Part shown: one piece after another, positions 27,351 through 36,793 of the stretch
Numbering within the stretch: position 1 is the stretch's first letter
How the letters are laid out: every line of letters begins with the position of its first letter
NCBI GenBank assembly: GCA_964631935.1
Contig: CAZWAV010000001.1
Span: 211,460 to 275,459, forward strand
Reading direction: 5' to 3'
Origin: an uncultured Candidatus Saccharibacteria bacterium
Lineage (GTDB): Bacteria; Patescibacteriota; Minisyncoccia; Phycocordibacterales; UBA9973
DNA length: 64,000 bases
The notes under the pieces: model-generated
What the model saw: only the letters and a program-made list of their open reading frames with translations
What the model was told of the DNA's origin: nothing
Databases searched by the model: none
Position numbers and translations under genes: made by a program

Positions 27351-28139
27351 TTATATTTTCCTCACTTCCAAACACATGAAAATGGGAATTTCTTTACGAG
27401 CGGTATCTTCAGATATTTGTCTTGGACCTTTTTGACTTTTCTTATGAGATATCCATTCTTCGAGTCGAGCGACAGCAAAACCATTCTTTGATAATAACTT
27501 TACGTAGTATTGGAGTGGTCGATGGAAAGAAATAGTTTTTACTTTCTTCTTTATATCTTTCTCCCCTGGAGTCATGTCGATAGAAATCTTTGATTCAGAT
27601 AAATATTTACCAACAATGCGATACTGAACTCCATCTTTGAAATACCAATCACTTCCTTGTGGCACACGAAATGCTGGGTGATTAATCACGAGCACAATTC
27701 GCCCATTATCCTTGAGTATTCTATTACACTCAGCAAATACACCATTTACATTTTCAATATTCTGAATTGCTAATACTATGACCACTGTATCTATTGATTT
27801 ATCTTTTATGAATTGCGCTTGATCGGCTTTTGATACATAAAATTTTATATCTTTAGGTAACGTTTCAGTTGCTATACTTACTAATTTCCTTGATAAATCT
27901 GAAGCGACAACAGAGGCACCATTACGAAAAAGTAGATCTGCAAAATAACCCTGTCCACAAGCAAGATCATAGACCTGTTCCCCTTTTTTTAGATTTAGAA
28001 TACGCAATAAGTTTGGTGCTATGACTTTGGATTGATAGCTATCATTGTCTGTTGTTAGTAATTCATCATACCATCCAGCTACCTTGTTCCATGAGGTATC
28101 ATCTGGTTTTTTTGATGGAGAATTTTTCGCTTTATTCAT
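27351..28139 (-). CDS. Class I SAM-dependent methyltransferase
   Basis: VYDLACGQGYFADLL (motif I), 262 aa. Confidence 0.75.
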   Translation of the reverse strand: MNKAKNSPSKKPDDTSWNKVAGWYDELLTTDNDSYQSKVIAPNLLRILNLKKGEQVYDLACGQGYFADLLFRNGASVVASDLSRKLVSIATETLPKDIKFYVSKADQAQFIKDKSIDTVVIVLAIQNIENVNGVFAECNRILKDNGRIVLVINHPAFRVPQGSDWYFKDGVQYRIVGKYLSESKISIDMTPGEKDIKKKVKTISFHRPLQYYVKLLSKNGFAVARLEEWISHKKSQKGPRQISEDTARKEIPIFMCLEVRKI

Positions 28140-28177
28140 ATTTGCTCATTCTAGCAAAAAAAGCTTAAAAAATAAAG

Positions 28178-29590
28178 CTATTCCATGATAAGCATATCTT
28201 CAGCTGTCAGATTTTTTTCTTCCTTACTCAGACTTGGGTTTCTCCTATTTAAAATAAAGATCATGAGAGAAGCTACGAAAATAAGGCAAATAAATCCGAG
28301 CCATGCGAGAGCTGAAGTAGAAATTGAAATGGGAGATCCTTCGGCGCTTGCACCGAGGTCATCTAAATTTATAACAGAAGATTCTGGGGTTGTTGGTTTT
28401 AGATCATTTGTTGGTTCTAAAATATTATTTTCTGCTGGAGTAACATATCTTGTACTTTTCACAGATGATGGGTATATCGCTAACGTTTCTCTTTTAGAAT
28501 TAAACAATGTGACATATTTTAAATCTTCACCACTAAAAATGGTAACTCTTGGAGAAAATTTTATCTTCTTACTTGGTAGCAAAATAGTTCCATCAGGTAT
28601 AGTGAATAGATGGATACCTCCTTGTATTATCCATTTTGATAAATCAATTTCAAGCGGTGACTTATTCTCAATCTCTACAAACGGATCATTCGTATTCCCA
28701 ACAGAGCTTATCGTTACATCCCTAGGTATTACTTTTATTGTAAGGCGATCGGTGGCATCAATATCTTTATTGCCATATACGCGATAATAAGAAAGGGTCA
28801 CTACGTATTCACCTGGGTACATATAAGTATATTGGAATGGATCAGATTCTTGTTGTTCTTTTGTCATACCATCACCAAAATTCCAAACGAACTTCCCCAT
28901 ACGAAGTGGTTCTTTCCCATACCCGGCCGTCGTAGCACTGAAGTCTAAAGGAAGTCCTGCGACAGCAGTATTTTTTGCAACAATATTTGTAATTATTTTG
29001 GGAACTTCTATTTCTTTTTTCTTAACTTTAGGGGGAGCTTGTGTCGTAGTGGTAGATGTATCGTCTCCAGTATCTTCTACTCCAGAACCAGCTTTATTCT
29101 CGGCTCCTGGTGTTGGCTTCGCGCTTTGCCACGAGCTACCAATTTTCTGAAGTGAGTCACCGTTGCCTGCTCCGCCCATACTTGAAGTAAAAGATACTTC
29201 ACTTATTATATTTTGATTTGGATCTTTCAGAGCTATTGTTTCTCCGTCATTATTTAACCCAGTCCAACTACTATCAAATAGTAATCCTCCAAAATCAGGT
29301 TGGTCTGCTCTGAAATTTGTCACATTCTGAGCGATAATTGCATATCCACCGGCGGGTACCTGAGGGGCACCTTGAGGAACTAGGGCATGCTTTGTATTGT
29401 CGGTAAATAAATACCAGGTCGATAAATCTGCTGAATCAGATCCAGTATTTTGAACTTCAACCCATTCCCGATTTGTATCTGTACCATCGAGATCATACAT
29501 GATCTCTGTAATTTCAAAACCCGCTTGAGCTACATGAACCCTGGCCCAGAATATTAATAGAGGAAGAATCCAATATTTTATATTTTTCAT
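28178..29590 (-). CDS. Secreted/surface protein with lamin-tail-like and PKD-like domains, C-terminal TM anchor
   Basis: Signal peptide MKNIKYWILPLLIFWARVHVAQA; EVQNTGSDSADLSTWYL (LTD-like); FVWNFGDGM...YTYMYPGEYVVTLS (PKD-like); hydrophobic C-terminus. Confidence 0.55.
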   Translation of the reverse strand: MKNIKYWILPLLIFWARVHVAQAGFEITEIMYDLDGTDTNREWVEVQNTGSDSADLSTWYLFTDNTKHALVPQGAPQVPAGGYAIIAQNVTNFRADQPDFGGLLFDSSWTGLNNDGETIALKDPNQNIISEVSFTSSMGGAGNGDSLQKIGSSWQSAKPTPGAENKAGSGVEDTGDDTSTTTTQAPPKVKKKEIEVPKIITNIVAKNTAVAGLPLDFSATTAGYGKEPLRMGKFVWNFGDGMTKEQQESDPFQYTYMYPGEYVVTLSYYRVYGNKDIDATDRLTIKVIPRDVTISSVGNTNDPFVEIENKSPLEIDLSKWIIQGGIHLFTIPDGTILLPSKKIKFSPRVTIFSGEDLKYVTLFNSKRETLAIYPSSVKSTRYVTPAENNILEPTNDLKPTTPESSVINLDDLGASAEGSPISISTSALAWLGFICLIFVASLMIFILNRRNPSLSKEEKNLTAEDMLIME

Positions 29591-29600
29591 AGAAATATAA

Positions 29601-31880
29601 TTATTCTAATACTTTGCGGAGCACATCTTCAGGTACTTCTTTTGGTGTTTGTCTCTTTTGCCATGTGTCAGTCTTTGGTACTGATTCTTCTTTTTTTATT
29701 GGATTTGGGGTTGGAGTTGATTGTGGCTGAGCTATAGGCTGTGTATTTTGCTTTACTTCTTCTTTTGGTTTTTCTATAGGTGTAGTCGTGTTGTGTTGTT
29801 CTATGTTTGTCTGTGAAATAAAGATTGTTTGGTTGACCGGTGTAGGATTGGTGCTTTCGATTGGCTTAGCGGGAATAACTGGCACTACTTCTACCCTTGA
29901 TTCTATTTTATCTTCTGCTTTAGGTTTTGGAATTATAGGCGTAGCCGCTTGAGGTGTTGATGTAACTTTTGCTAACAAATCTTTCAAGGATGCTTTCTTT
30001 TCTTCAGAAGCTTCTTTTGTAGGTATTGGTATAGGTACTGTTGCGTTTGGACTACTTTCTGATTTCTTAAGAATTGATAGAGACACAGGAGCAGGTGTAG
30101 GTGCTTTTACTTCAGCAACTTTTATTGGTGTATTATTAGGCTTTTTATTTTCTGCATCTATTTTCTCAAGCAACCCTCGCAGGAGTGGCGAAGGGCCAGA
30201 ATGCTTTTTCTCTGGTGGTTTGTAGGGAGTCCTATTATTATTTGTATTAATATTTGGATTTTGTGGTCTTGGTATATTTGTATTATTAAAATTTCTTTGT
30301 GGAGGTCTTGTGTCTACGGGCTTTGGGCCAGATGCCTGGCTGACATATTCAATACCCAAAGCAGCGAGTGGCGCAGTAGAAACTCTTTCGTCTTGGCGAG
30401 CTGATCTTGATGCAACGAAACCACTCTGAGGTTTTAATTCCCCACTCTTTATCTTGAACATACAGTCCTTACAATAAACTGGTCTACCCTCTTTTGGCTC
30501 GAAAGGTACCATGGTAACCTTGCCACAATTTGAACATTCAGCCTTGTACTTTGCTTCACCTTCGCCAACCTGAAGCATTCCACTCCATTTTGATATTTCT
30601 GCTTCGACTTCTTCACGGGGACGAGCGTATAAACTACGAGAAAGTTCTATGATTCTCTCCTTTACGCCTGCGGTCGGATCAATCTTCATAGGCGGTAGTG
30701 TGCTTGCTGAGAATGGACGGCTTGTTACTCCATCTATCATAAGCTTGAGATATACATGATAGTTTGGTAAATTCACCAAATCTTGAGCAGTGAATTCTGG
30801 TTCAAATTCTTTCTCCATAAAATCTGCATCATCAGCTCCTACGCGGAATATTATCATCGTACCGACGTTACCGAAAACCGCATCACGTACAGCTGTACCA
30901 TTTTCATTGGAAAGCTGGGCAGTATATTGGTGGGCAATTATTAGATTGAGACGGTATTTACGCGCCTCGGAAAGAATGTTTGCAAATGAATCAGTAGCAA
31001 AGTTTTGGAATTCGTCTACGTACAGATAGAAATCTTTACGTTCATCTTCAGGTATACGCACACGCTCCATGGCCGCAAGCTGGATCTTGGTAATGATCAT
31101 ACCTCCAAGTAATGCTGAGTTATCTTCACCAACGCGACCCTTCGAAACGTTCACGAGGAAAATTTTCCCTTCGTTCATTATCTTAAATATATCGATTGTA
31201 GATTTCGATTGGCCGACGACGTTACGGATAATAGAAGTAGAGAGGAATTGACCGACTTTGTTTTGAATCGGAGCGATAGCTTCATTTCGGAATTGTTCAC
31301 GCCATTGTTCATATTCGTGGACCCAGAATGCTTTGACTACTGGATCTTTCAAATTGCTAATTATCATCTGACGATAGTCTTTATCAACAAGAAGACGAGG
31401 AATACCTAGAAGTGTGGTACCCGGAGTATCGAGTAGCGCAAGAATAGCATTATTGAGAATATATTCCATACGAGAACTCCAAGCATTTGCCCAGATCTTG
31501 GTAAATATTCCCATGAGGCCAGATGCCACCAAGTGCTTGTACTTAGGATCATCAAGAGCTATGACATTGAAGCCGACATTGAAATCAATATCAGCTGGAT
31601 TGAAGTAAATGACATCTTTAGCTCGATGGTCTGGAATGAGATGAAGGATTTCTTCGACGAGCTCGCCGTGCGGATCAACCACACAGACACCTTCGCCATT
31701 ATTTATATTTTGAACAATAAGATTAGATAGGAGGACAGATTTACCAGTACCTGATTTACCAAGCACGTACATATGCTGGCGTCTATCCTTACGCTTTATG
31801 CCGAAAATAGTATTCGTACTGCGAAAGTTAGTCCTGCCAAAGTAGGTTATATCTCGGTTGTGTGGAATTTCGTTGTCCAT
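29601..31880 (-). CDS. VirD4/TraG-like (T4SS coupling-protein-type) P-loop ATPase, soluble, with C-terminal zinc ribbon and long P/T/N-rich tail
   Basis: GKSGTGKS Walker A, VVDPHGE, DEFQNFAT, LIIAHQ; CSNCGK...CKDC zinc ribbon; ~290-aa low-complexity tail. Confidence 0.65.
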   Translation of the reverse strand: MDNEIPHNRDITYFGRTNFRSTNTIFGIKRKDRRQHMYVLGKSGTGKSVLLSNLIVQNINNGEGVCVVDPHGELVEEILHLIPDHRAKDVIYFNPADIDFNVGFNVIALDDPKYKHLVASGLMGIFTKIWANAWSSRMEYILNNAILALLDTPGTTLLGIPRLLVDKDYRQMIISNLKDPVVKAFWVHEYEQWREQFRNEAIAPIQNKVGQFLSTSIIRNVVGQSKSTIDIFKIMNEGKIFLVNVSKGRVGEDNSALLGGMIITKIQLAAMERVRIPEDERKDFYLYVDEFQNFATDSFANILSEARKYRLNLIIAHQYTAQLSNENGTAVRDAVFGNVGTMIIFRVGADDADFMEKEFEPEFTAQDLVNLPNYHVYLKLMIDGVTSRPFSASTLPPMKIDPTAGVKERIIELSRSLYARPREEVEAEISKWSGMLQVGEGEAKYKAECSNCGKVTMVPFEPKEGRPVYCKDCMFKIKSGELKPQSGFVASRSARQDERVSTAPLAALGIEYVSQASGPKPVDTRPPQRNFNNTNIPRPQNPNINTNNNRTPYKPPEKKHSGPSPLLRGLLEKIDAENKKPNNTPIKVAEVKAPTPAPVSLSILKKSESSPNATVPIPIPTKEASEEKKASLKDLLAKVTSTPQAATPIIPKPKAEDKIESRVEVVPVIPAKPIESTNPTPVNQTIFISQTNIEQHNTTTPIEKPKEEVKQNTQPIAQPQSTPTPNPIKKEESVPKTDTWQKRQTPKEVPEDVLRKVLE

Positions 31881-31930
31881 AGATTAGTTTTATTATACCC
31901 TATCTATATAAAAAAACGAGTGATTATTCC

Positions 31931-32515
31931 CTATTTTGTATGTACTCCGTGAGTCATCCGATATTCCATGATCTGACTAAAGATAACCCCGAAGAAACAG
32001 ATGGCAATATACCCAAGCATAGCTTGCTGGTAAGATATTGGAATACTTTTTAGCATGCCCAATACGAAAGATATAAGCCAGGAAATTAAAGATACAGCCC
32101 CCATCGCAAAAGATATTTTTCTAAATTTAACATACTTATGGTGAACATTATTATCTGTAAAATCTATTTTCTTTAATGCTGGATGTATAAACCGCCAAAA
32201 GGCATAGCCATTCAATATTATAATACCTACAATAGAAATCTTGACTAGAAATTTAGTTGAACTTGCATACTTTATAGGATTTGATAGAAATAATCCGAGA
32301 CCACTAAGAGATATGAATAGCAGACTTGCCCATACAATAACAGAAAGAACTTTTAGTGTTTTGCTTTCTATTGCATTGATTTTTTTATTCTTTAGATAAA
32401 CATTAAATAATATATCTGATATAAGAGCCGCACCCATACCAAATATAACAGCTAAGACATGAATAATAAGGGATATAATTTTATATTCGCCAAAAAAAGC
32501 TATTGTATCTTCCAT
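31931..32515 (-). CDS. Polytopic membrane protein, hypothetical
   Basis: 194 aa, ~5 hydrophobic helices. Confidence 0.55.
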   Translation of the reverse strand: MEDTIAFFGEYKIISLIIHVLAVIFGMGAALISDILFNVYLKNKKINAIESKTLKVLSVIVWASLLFISLSGLGLFLSNPIKYASSTKFLVKISIVGIIILNGYAFWRFIHPALKKIDFTDNNVHHKYVKFRKISFAMGAVSLISWLISFVLGMLKSIPISYQQAMLGYIAICFFGVIFSQIMEYRMTHGVHTK

Positions 32516-32550
32516 ATTTCACTATTATACACGAGTTTTAAATTAATTCA

Positions 32551-34305
32551 TTAAAATACTTCTTTTTTATAACAATCTTCGCAGTAAATATTATCTATAC
32601 CACTATCATACGCGGTTTCAAACACATTAGGGCATCTGGTATTTCCATGAGATGAATGTTCTTCAATATTCTCATATTTAGCATTAACAGAATGTGTTCC
32701 GTTGCATAAACATTGCGACTTTTGCAATCGTGGAGGAACCATGAATTTCTGACGTCTAGCAAATCTACAATCAAAGCAATGGCGTGGAAGTGGCAGATTT
32801 GAATTTTTTAAGAATTGGAATTCATCAAAAATAATACGGTATGCTTTTTTGCAATTCAAACATTCGATAAACTCTTTAGTTATATCAGAACTTGTATCAT
32901 TTATAAATTCCGGTAAATCAAGAGAAGAAATAGTAGTCTCGTATAATCGCTTATTTTGCTCTCGCCATATAAAACCTTCATTTTCTACCTCTTCTTTATT
33001 AGAAGGAAATTGATCATTAAGCAGCGTCTCATTGTATGCGAACGGAGACATCTCTACCGGGAAAAATTCTCCATATTTATATATATTACCTCTTTTGTCT
33101 ACATATGGTACATCATTCATTTGCTGTTTAATTTTAGAAACAAGATTAATATATTCTTCTTTTGAATACTGTATATTAAAAATACAATACTGCTTATCCT
33201 TCATACCAACACAACCAAAACAATTTCTTGAACGCCTCATGTTTATACAATACTCGAGATCCTGACATGCAGGCCAACACTCAAAACAAAATTTAATATT
33301 ATCTGCATACTCACCCACAATCATGCATTCATATATCTGAGAAGCACTAACTCCCCAACATGTATAATCATAAGAATTGCTCGCTCCGCCAAAAGGAAGG
33401 TCTTGGACATATTTTAGATTCTCCCCCTTTTTAACGATATAACTATATTTGACATTTTTACTATCTTTTATGTCTTCTCCTAGGACATCATAATTACGGA
33501 ATCCTAGCATATATTTAATGGGAAATTTTTTCCAAAATTCCTCTGCTTGTTTTCTTGCATTAGAAAATCCTTCCCATGTATCAAGCTTCATTGATTTTAT
33601 CTTTTCTAGGTATTCTTCTTTTGAATATTCTTCGTTAAAAATTTTGTATGTTGAATTCCTAAGATTGACGCAACCAAAGCAATTTGTACACCCCACACAA
33701 TTCTTTGAAAACCATACATCAACACAATTTTCAGACATAATAGAACCAACTGTGTGGTAGCTTTTATCCACTCTTACAGAGTCATAACAAAATTCAGAAT
33801 CATAACAACTCGTAGTATCAAAGCATGTCTTTAAATTACTTGCATTGCAACAATATGCAGAATCTTCTAGAAATGTTGCATTGAAACATAGATATGTATT
33901 TTTCATATCATCACACATGTTGGAGTAGTCAGAATTTACACAGCGTTGCATTGATTTTGCTGGATATGGTATAGAGTGAAATAGATCATTAAATTGATTA
34001 AAAAAAGGAACAGAAAAATTGTATTCTCTGCCATATAAAAGAGAATCCCAATTATCACTTTCCCAATATGAATGTTCATATAATGGAAGGTTTACTTGTG
34101 GTGGAATTCCAGTAAATATCTCTTTATTAGTTACGGCATCTACTCCTCGGAACAAGTGTCGCACATTACGCCAGATTGCTCTTCTTTTATATCTACAGTC
34201 GGGACAAAATGTCGGGGCAGGGACTTTCATTTTTTCATAGAACGAAAAATCATCTGGTTCAATATTGAAATTATTCTTACAGTTTTGGCAGGTTCGAGTT
34301 TCCAT
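32551..34305 (-). CDS. Cys-rich protein, paralog A (zinc-ribbon termini + internal CxxCxxCxxC repeats), unknown family
   Basis: 584 aa; N-terminus TCQNCKNNFNIEPDDFSFYEKMKVPAPTFCPDCR; internal CVGCTNCFGCVNL...IFNEEYSKEEY and CFGCVGMKDKQYCIFNIQYSKEEY repeats; C-terminal CLNCKK...CFDCRF, CEDCY. Confidence 0.6.
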   Translation of the reverse strand: METRTCQNCKNNFNIEPDDFSFYEKMKVPAPTFCPDCRYKRRAIWRNVRHLFRGVDAVTNKEIFTGIPPQVNLPLYEHSYWESDNWDSLLYGREYNFSVPFFNQFNDLFHSIPYPAKSMQRCVNSDYSNMCDDMKNTYLCFNATFLEDSAYCCNASNLKTCFDTTSCYDSEFCYDSVRVDKSYHTVGSIMSENCVDVWFSKNCVGCTNCFGCVNLRNSTYKIFNEEYSKEEYLEKIKSMKLDTWEGFSNARKQAEEFWKKFPIKYMLGFRNYDVLGEDIKDSKNVKYSYIVKKGENLKYVQDLPFGGASNSYDYTCWGVSASQIYECMIVGEYADNIKFCFECWPACQDLEYCINMRRSRNCFGCVGMKDKQYCIFNIQYSKEEYINLVSKIKQQMNDVPYVDKRGNIYKYGEFFPVEMSPFAYNETLLNDQFPSNKEEVENEGFIWREQNKRLYETTISSLDLPEFINDTSSDITKEFIECLNCKKAYRIIFDEFQFLKNSNLPLPRHCFDCRFARRQKFMVPPRLQKSQCLCNGTHSVNAKYENIEEHSSHGNTRCPNVFETAYDSGIDNIYCEDCYKKEVF

Positions 34306-34306
34306 A

Positions 34307-36007
34307 TTAGTTTACTTCTTGCTGATAGCAAGTCTCACAGTACACAATGTCAGGCTGGGTTGATTCATAGCTTGTCTCAAATTCATTTGTACAACCAGAA
34401 TTCATACACGAACGGTGATATAGTTTAGGTTTGTTTATAAACTGGTAGCGATCTAAAAATCTACAATTATGGCATTTGTGGGGCAAAGGTATGCCTATAC
34501 GTTTATAGAATTGTAATTCAATAGGGACTATTCTATATGCACGCTTACAACTCTCGCAAGCAATAACTTCTTTAGTAATATCGTCTGGCACATCGTTAAT
34601 TAAATCAGGTAAATCTACTCCTTTCATCGTTGTTTGAAATTCGCGTGCATTTGGTTCACACCATAGAAATCCTTTTTCTTTTGCTTGCTCAGAATTTAAT
34701 GGCACATAATCTTGGGCCAAGCTTTCGTTATACGCAAGTGGCGAAAATTCAGATGGAAAAAATTCTCCGTATTTATATTCCCTACCCAATGAATCAAAAT
34801 ATGGCATCTCATTCATATGTTCTATAATTTTATCCCGTAACTGGAAATATTCTTCTTTTGTATATTGTTTATTGAAGATACAATATTGTTTCTTTTTAAG
34901 ACTTACACAACCAAAACAATTTGATGACCCTACGCAGTAACTACAGTATTCAAGGTCACGCGATTCTGCCCAGCAATTAAAACAATATTTAAGGTTATAG
35001 GAGCCTTCACCACAAGTTACGCATTCATATGCATTTTCGACTCCCATAAAAAGCTGATTACAGTCGTATGAATTAGCTGCTTTGAGAACGCTGATCTGGC
35101 AATATCGTAAATTTTCTCCTTCTTGTATCGAAACAGAATCTAAGACATTTTTGGAATCACTTATTCGCTCTCCAGTACAGTTTAGGTTTCTTATGCCATG
35201 ATAATACTTTACTGGGAATTTTTGCCAAAATTCTAAGACTGCAGGCCATAATTCCTTAATTGATTCATATGATCCAAGATTTAATTCAGAGATTCTTTTA
35301 TCGTATTCTTCTTTTGATAATGGCTCATTAAAAAAATAATTGGACTTACCCTTTAAATTGACGCACCCGAAACAATCTGTACAACCACGAAGACCTTTTG
35401 AGAACGAGACATCTACACAACTCTCGCAGTCTAGAGAATAAAATGTTCTGTAGCTTTTATAAACCATTACATCCTCATAGCACAGCTCGTCATCTATTAC
35501 TTCATGAGAGTCAAATGAATCCTTCATATTTGTGGCTTTGACTAAATATGCAGAGTTTTCAACAAAGTCTGAATCAAAACATAAGTATGCATTACGTAGT
35601 CTTCCTGCCTCATTGCAATAATCTGAATTAATCATGAATCCTGCGGATGATTTTGCGGGTAGAGGAGTCAAAGACAACAAATCATAGAATTGTTTAAAGA
35701 ATGGTTTAGAGAAATCATACTCTACTCCGTAAGAAAGAGGATTCCATTCATCTCCATGCCAGTAACTATTTTCATAGGTATGTAAATTTGCCTCGGCAGG
35801 AAAACCCGAAAAGGAATCTTGCCCTGTATGAGCGTCTTTCCTACGAAATAGATTACGTTCATTTCTAAATGATAGGCGGCGAACCATCCTACAATCCGGG
35901 CACCATGTCGGAGGTGGTACTTTCATCTTCTCATAGAATGAAAAATCATCTGGTTCGATGGTAAAATTATTTTTGCAATTCTGGCAGGTTCTATTTTCCG
36001 GATTCAT
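34307..36007 (-). CDS. Cys-rich protein, paralog B (tandem duplicate of 32551..34305)
   Basis: 566 aa; N-terminus TCQNCKNNFTIEPDDFSFYEKMKVPPPTWCPDCR nearly identical to paralog A; same internal and C-terminal Cys patterns; 1-nt gap to paralog A. Confidence 0.6.
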   Translation of the reverse strand: MNPENRTCQNCKNNFTIEPDDFSFYEKMKVPPPTWCPDCRMVRRLSFRNERNLFRRKDAHTGQDSFSGFPAEANLHTYENSYWHGDEWNPLSYGVEYDFSKPFFKQFYDLLSLTPLPAKSSAGFMINSDYCNEAGRLRNAYLCFDSDFVENSAYLVKATNMKDSFDSHEVIDDELCYEDVMVYKSYRTFYSLDCESCVDVSFSKGLRGCTDCFGCVNLKGKSNYFFNEPLSKEEYDKRISELNLGSYESIKELWPAVLEFWQKFPVKYYHGIRNLNCTGERISDSKNVLDSVSIQEGENLRYCQISVLKAANSYDCNQLFMGVENAYECVTCGEGSYNLKYCFNCWAESRDLEYCSYCVGSSNCFGCVSLKKKQYCIFNKQYTKEEYFQLRDKIIEHMNEMPYFDSLGREYKYGEFFPSEFSPLAYNESLAQDYVPLNSEQAKEKGFLWCEPNAREFQTTMKGVDLPDLINDVPDDITKEVIACESCKRAYRIVPIELQFYKRIGIPLPHKCHNCRFLDRYQFINKPKLYHRSCMNSGCTNEFETSYESTQPDIVYCETCYQQEVN

Positions 36008-36446
36008 TTGTTTTATTTAAAATTGAAGAGTGTAAAGTATCCCCTTTGTATGGCTTACCATATACAATCTCTATTTCAGGCAAAATACCATTCTCCATAG
36101 CTTCATTTATATTATCAAAAAGTGAGTCCTGGTCATATCCAAGATAAATAATGTTTGGTTTTATTTCTTTTACTATATTATATTTCCCCTCTTCTAGGTC
36201 ACCTAAGAATACAGAATCTATCTCTGGTATTTCTAACAGTGCTTTAATGCGATCAGCTTCATTGTTAATAGGAGGTTTTCTTTTTAAGGTATTTACTACA
36301 CTGTCTCTAGCGACTACCGCCACTAGTCTTTCCCCTTTTTCTTTTGCATCATGTATAAAAGCACGGTGTCCATCATGGATACCATCAAATACTCCAAAAA
36401 TTAAAACAGTTTGAGGATTCATTAGTGTATTTCTTTCATCATCCAC
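35991..36446 (-). CDS. Cytidylyltransferase-like nucleotidyltransferase (HxGH family)
   Basis: VLIFGVFDGIHDGHRAFI (GxFDxxHxGH), 151 aa, single-domain size. Confidence 0.7.
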   Translation of the reverse strand: MDDERNTLMNPQTVLIFGVFDGIHDGHRAFIHDAKEKGERLVAVVARDSVVNTLKRKPPINNEADRIKALLEIPEIDSVFLGDLEEGKYNIVKEIKPNIIYLGYDQDSLFDNINEAMENGILPEIEIVYGKPYKGDTLHSSILNKTNESGK

Positions 36447-36727
36447 TCTTTATAGGGATGGTTAATCCGGCGAACATCTACACCAGCAATCAATGGAATA
36501 CTGTATGTATGATTCTCGTTAATAATATTCGTTACGCTATCAAGCTTGGCCTCAAATGTTGTGATCAGAAGCATTGCTTGAGACACACACTGAAGACCTC
36601 CCTCCCAATTATAGCAAGATTTAATCGGCCAGAAATCCACACAGGCACCAATCTTTTGACCTATAATTATTGAACCTAGTTTCTCTGCTTCCTCCATGCT
36701 TTCACATGTCGTATATATAAACACCAT
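36422..36727 (-). CDS. cutA: Divalent-cation tolerance protein CutA
   Basis: 101 aa; VFIYTTCESMEEAEKLGSIIIGQKIGACVDFWPIKSCYNWEGG pattern typical of CutA1. Confidence 0.7.
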   Translation of the reverse strand: MVFIYTTCESMEEAEKLGSIIIGQKIGACVDFWPIKSCYNWEGGLQCVSQAMLLITTFEAKLDSVTNIINENHTYSIPLIAGVDVRRINHPYKEWMMKEIH

Positions 36728-36793
36728 AAAATATAAAGATTATTAGGCTATACTAAGTGGACCTTTATACTTTAAGTGTAGCACCCTAGTATC

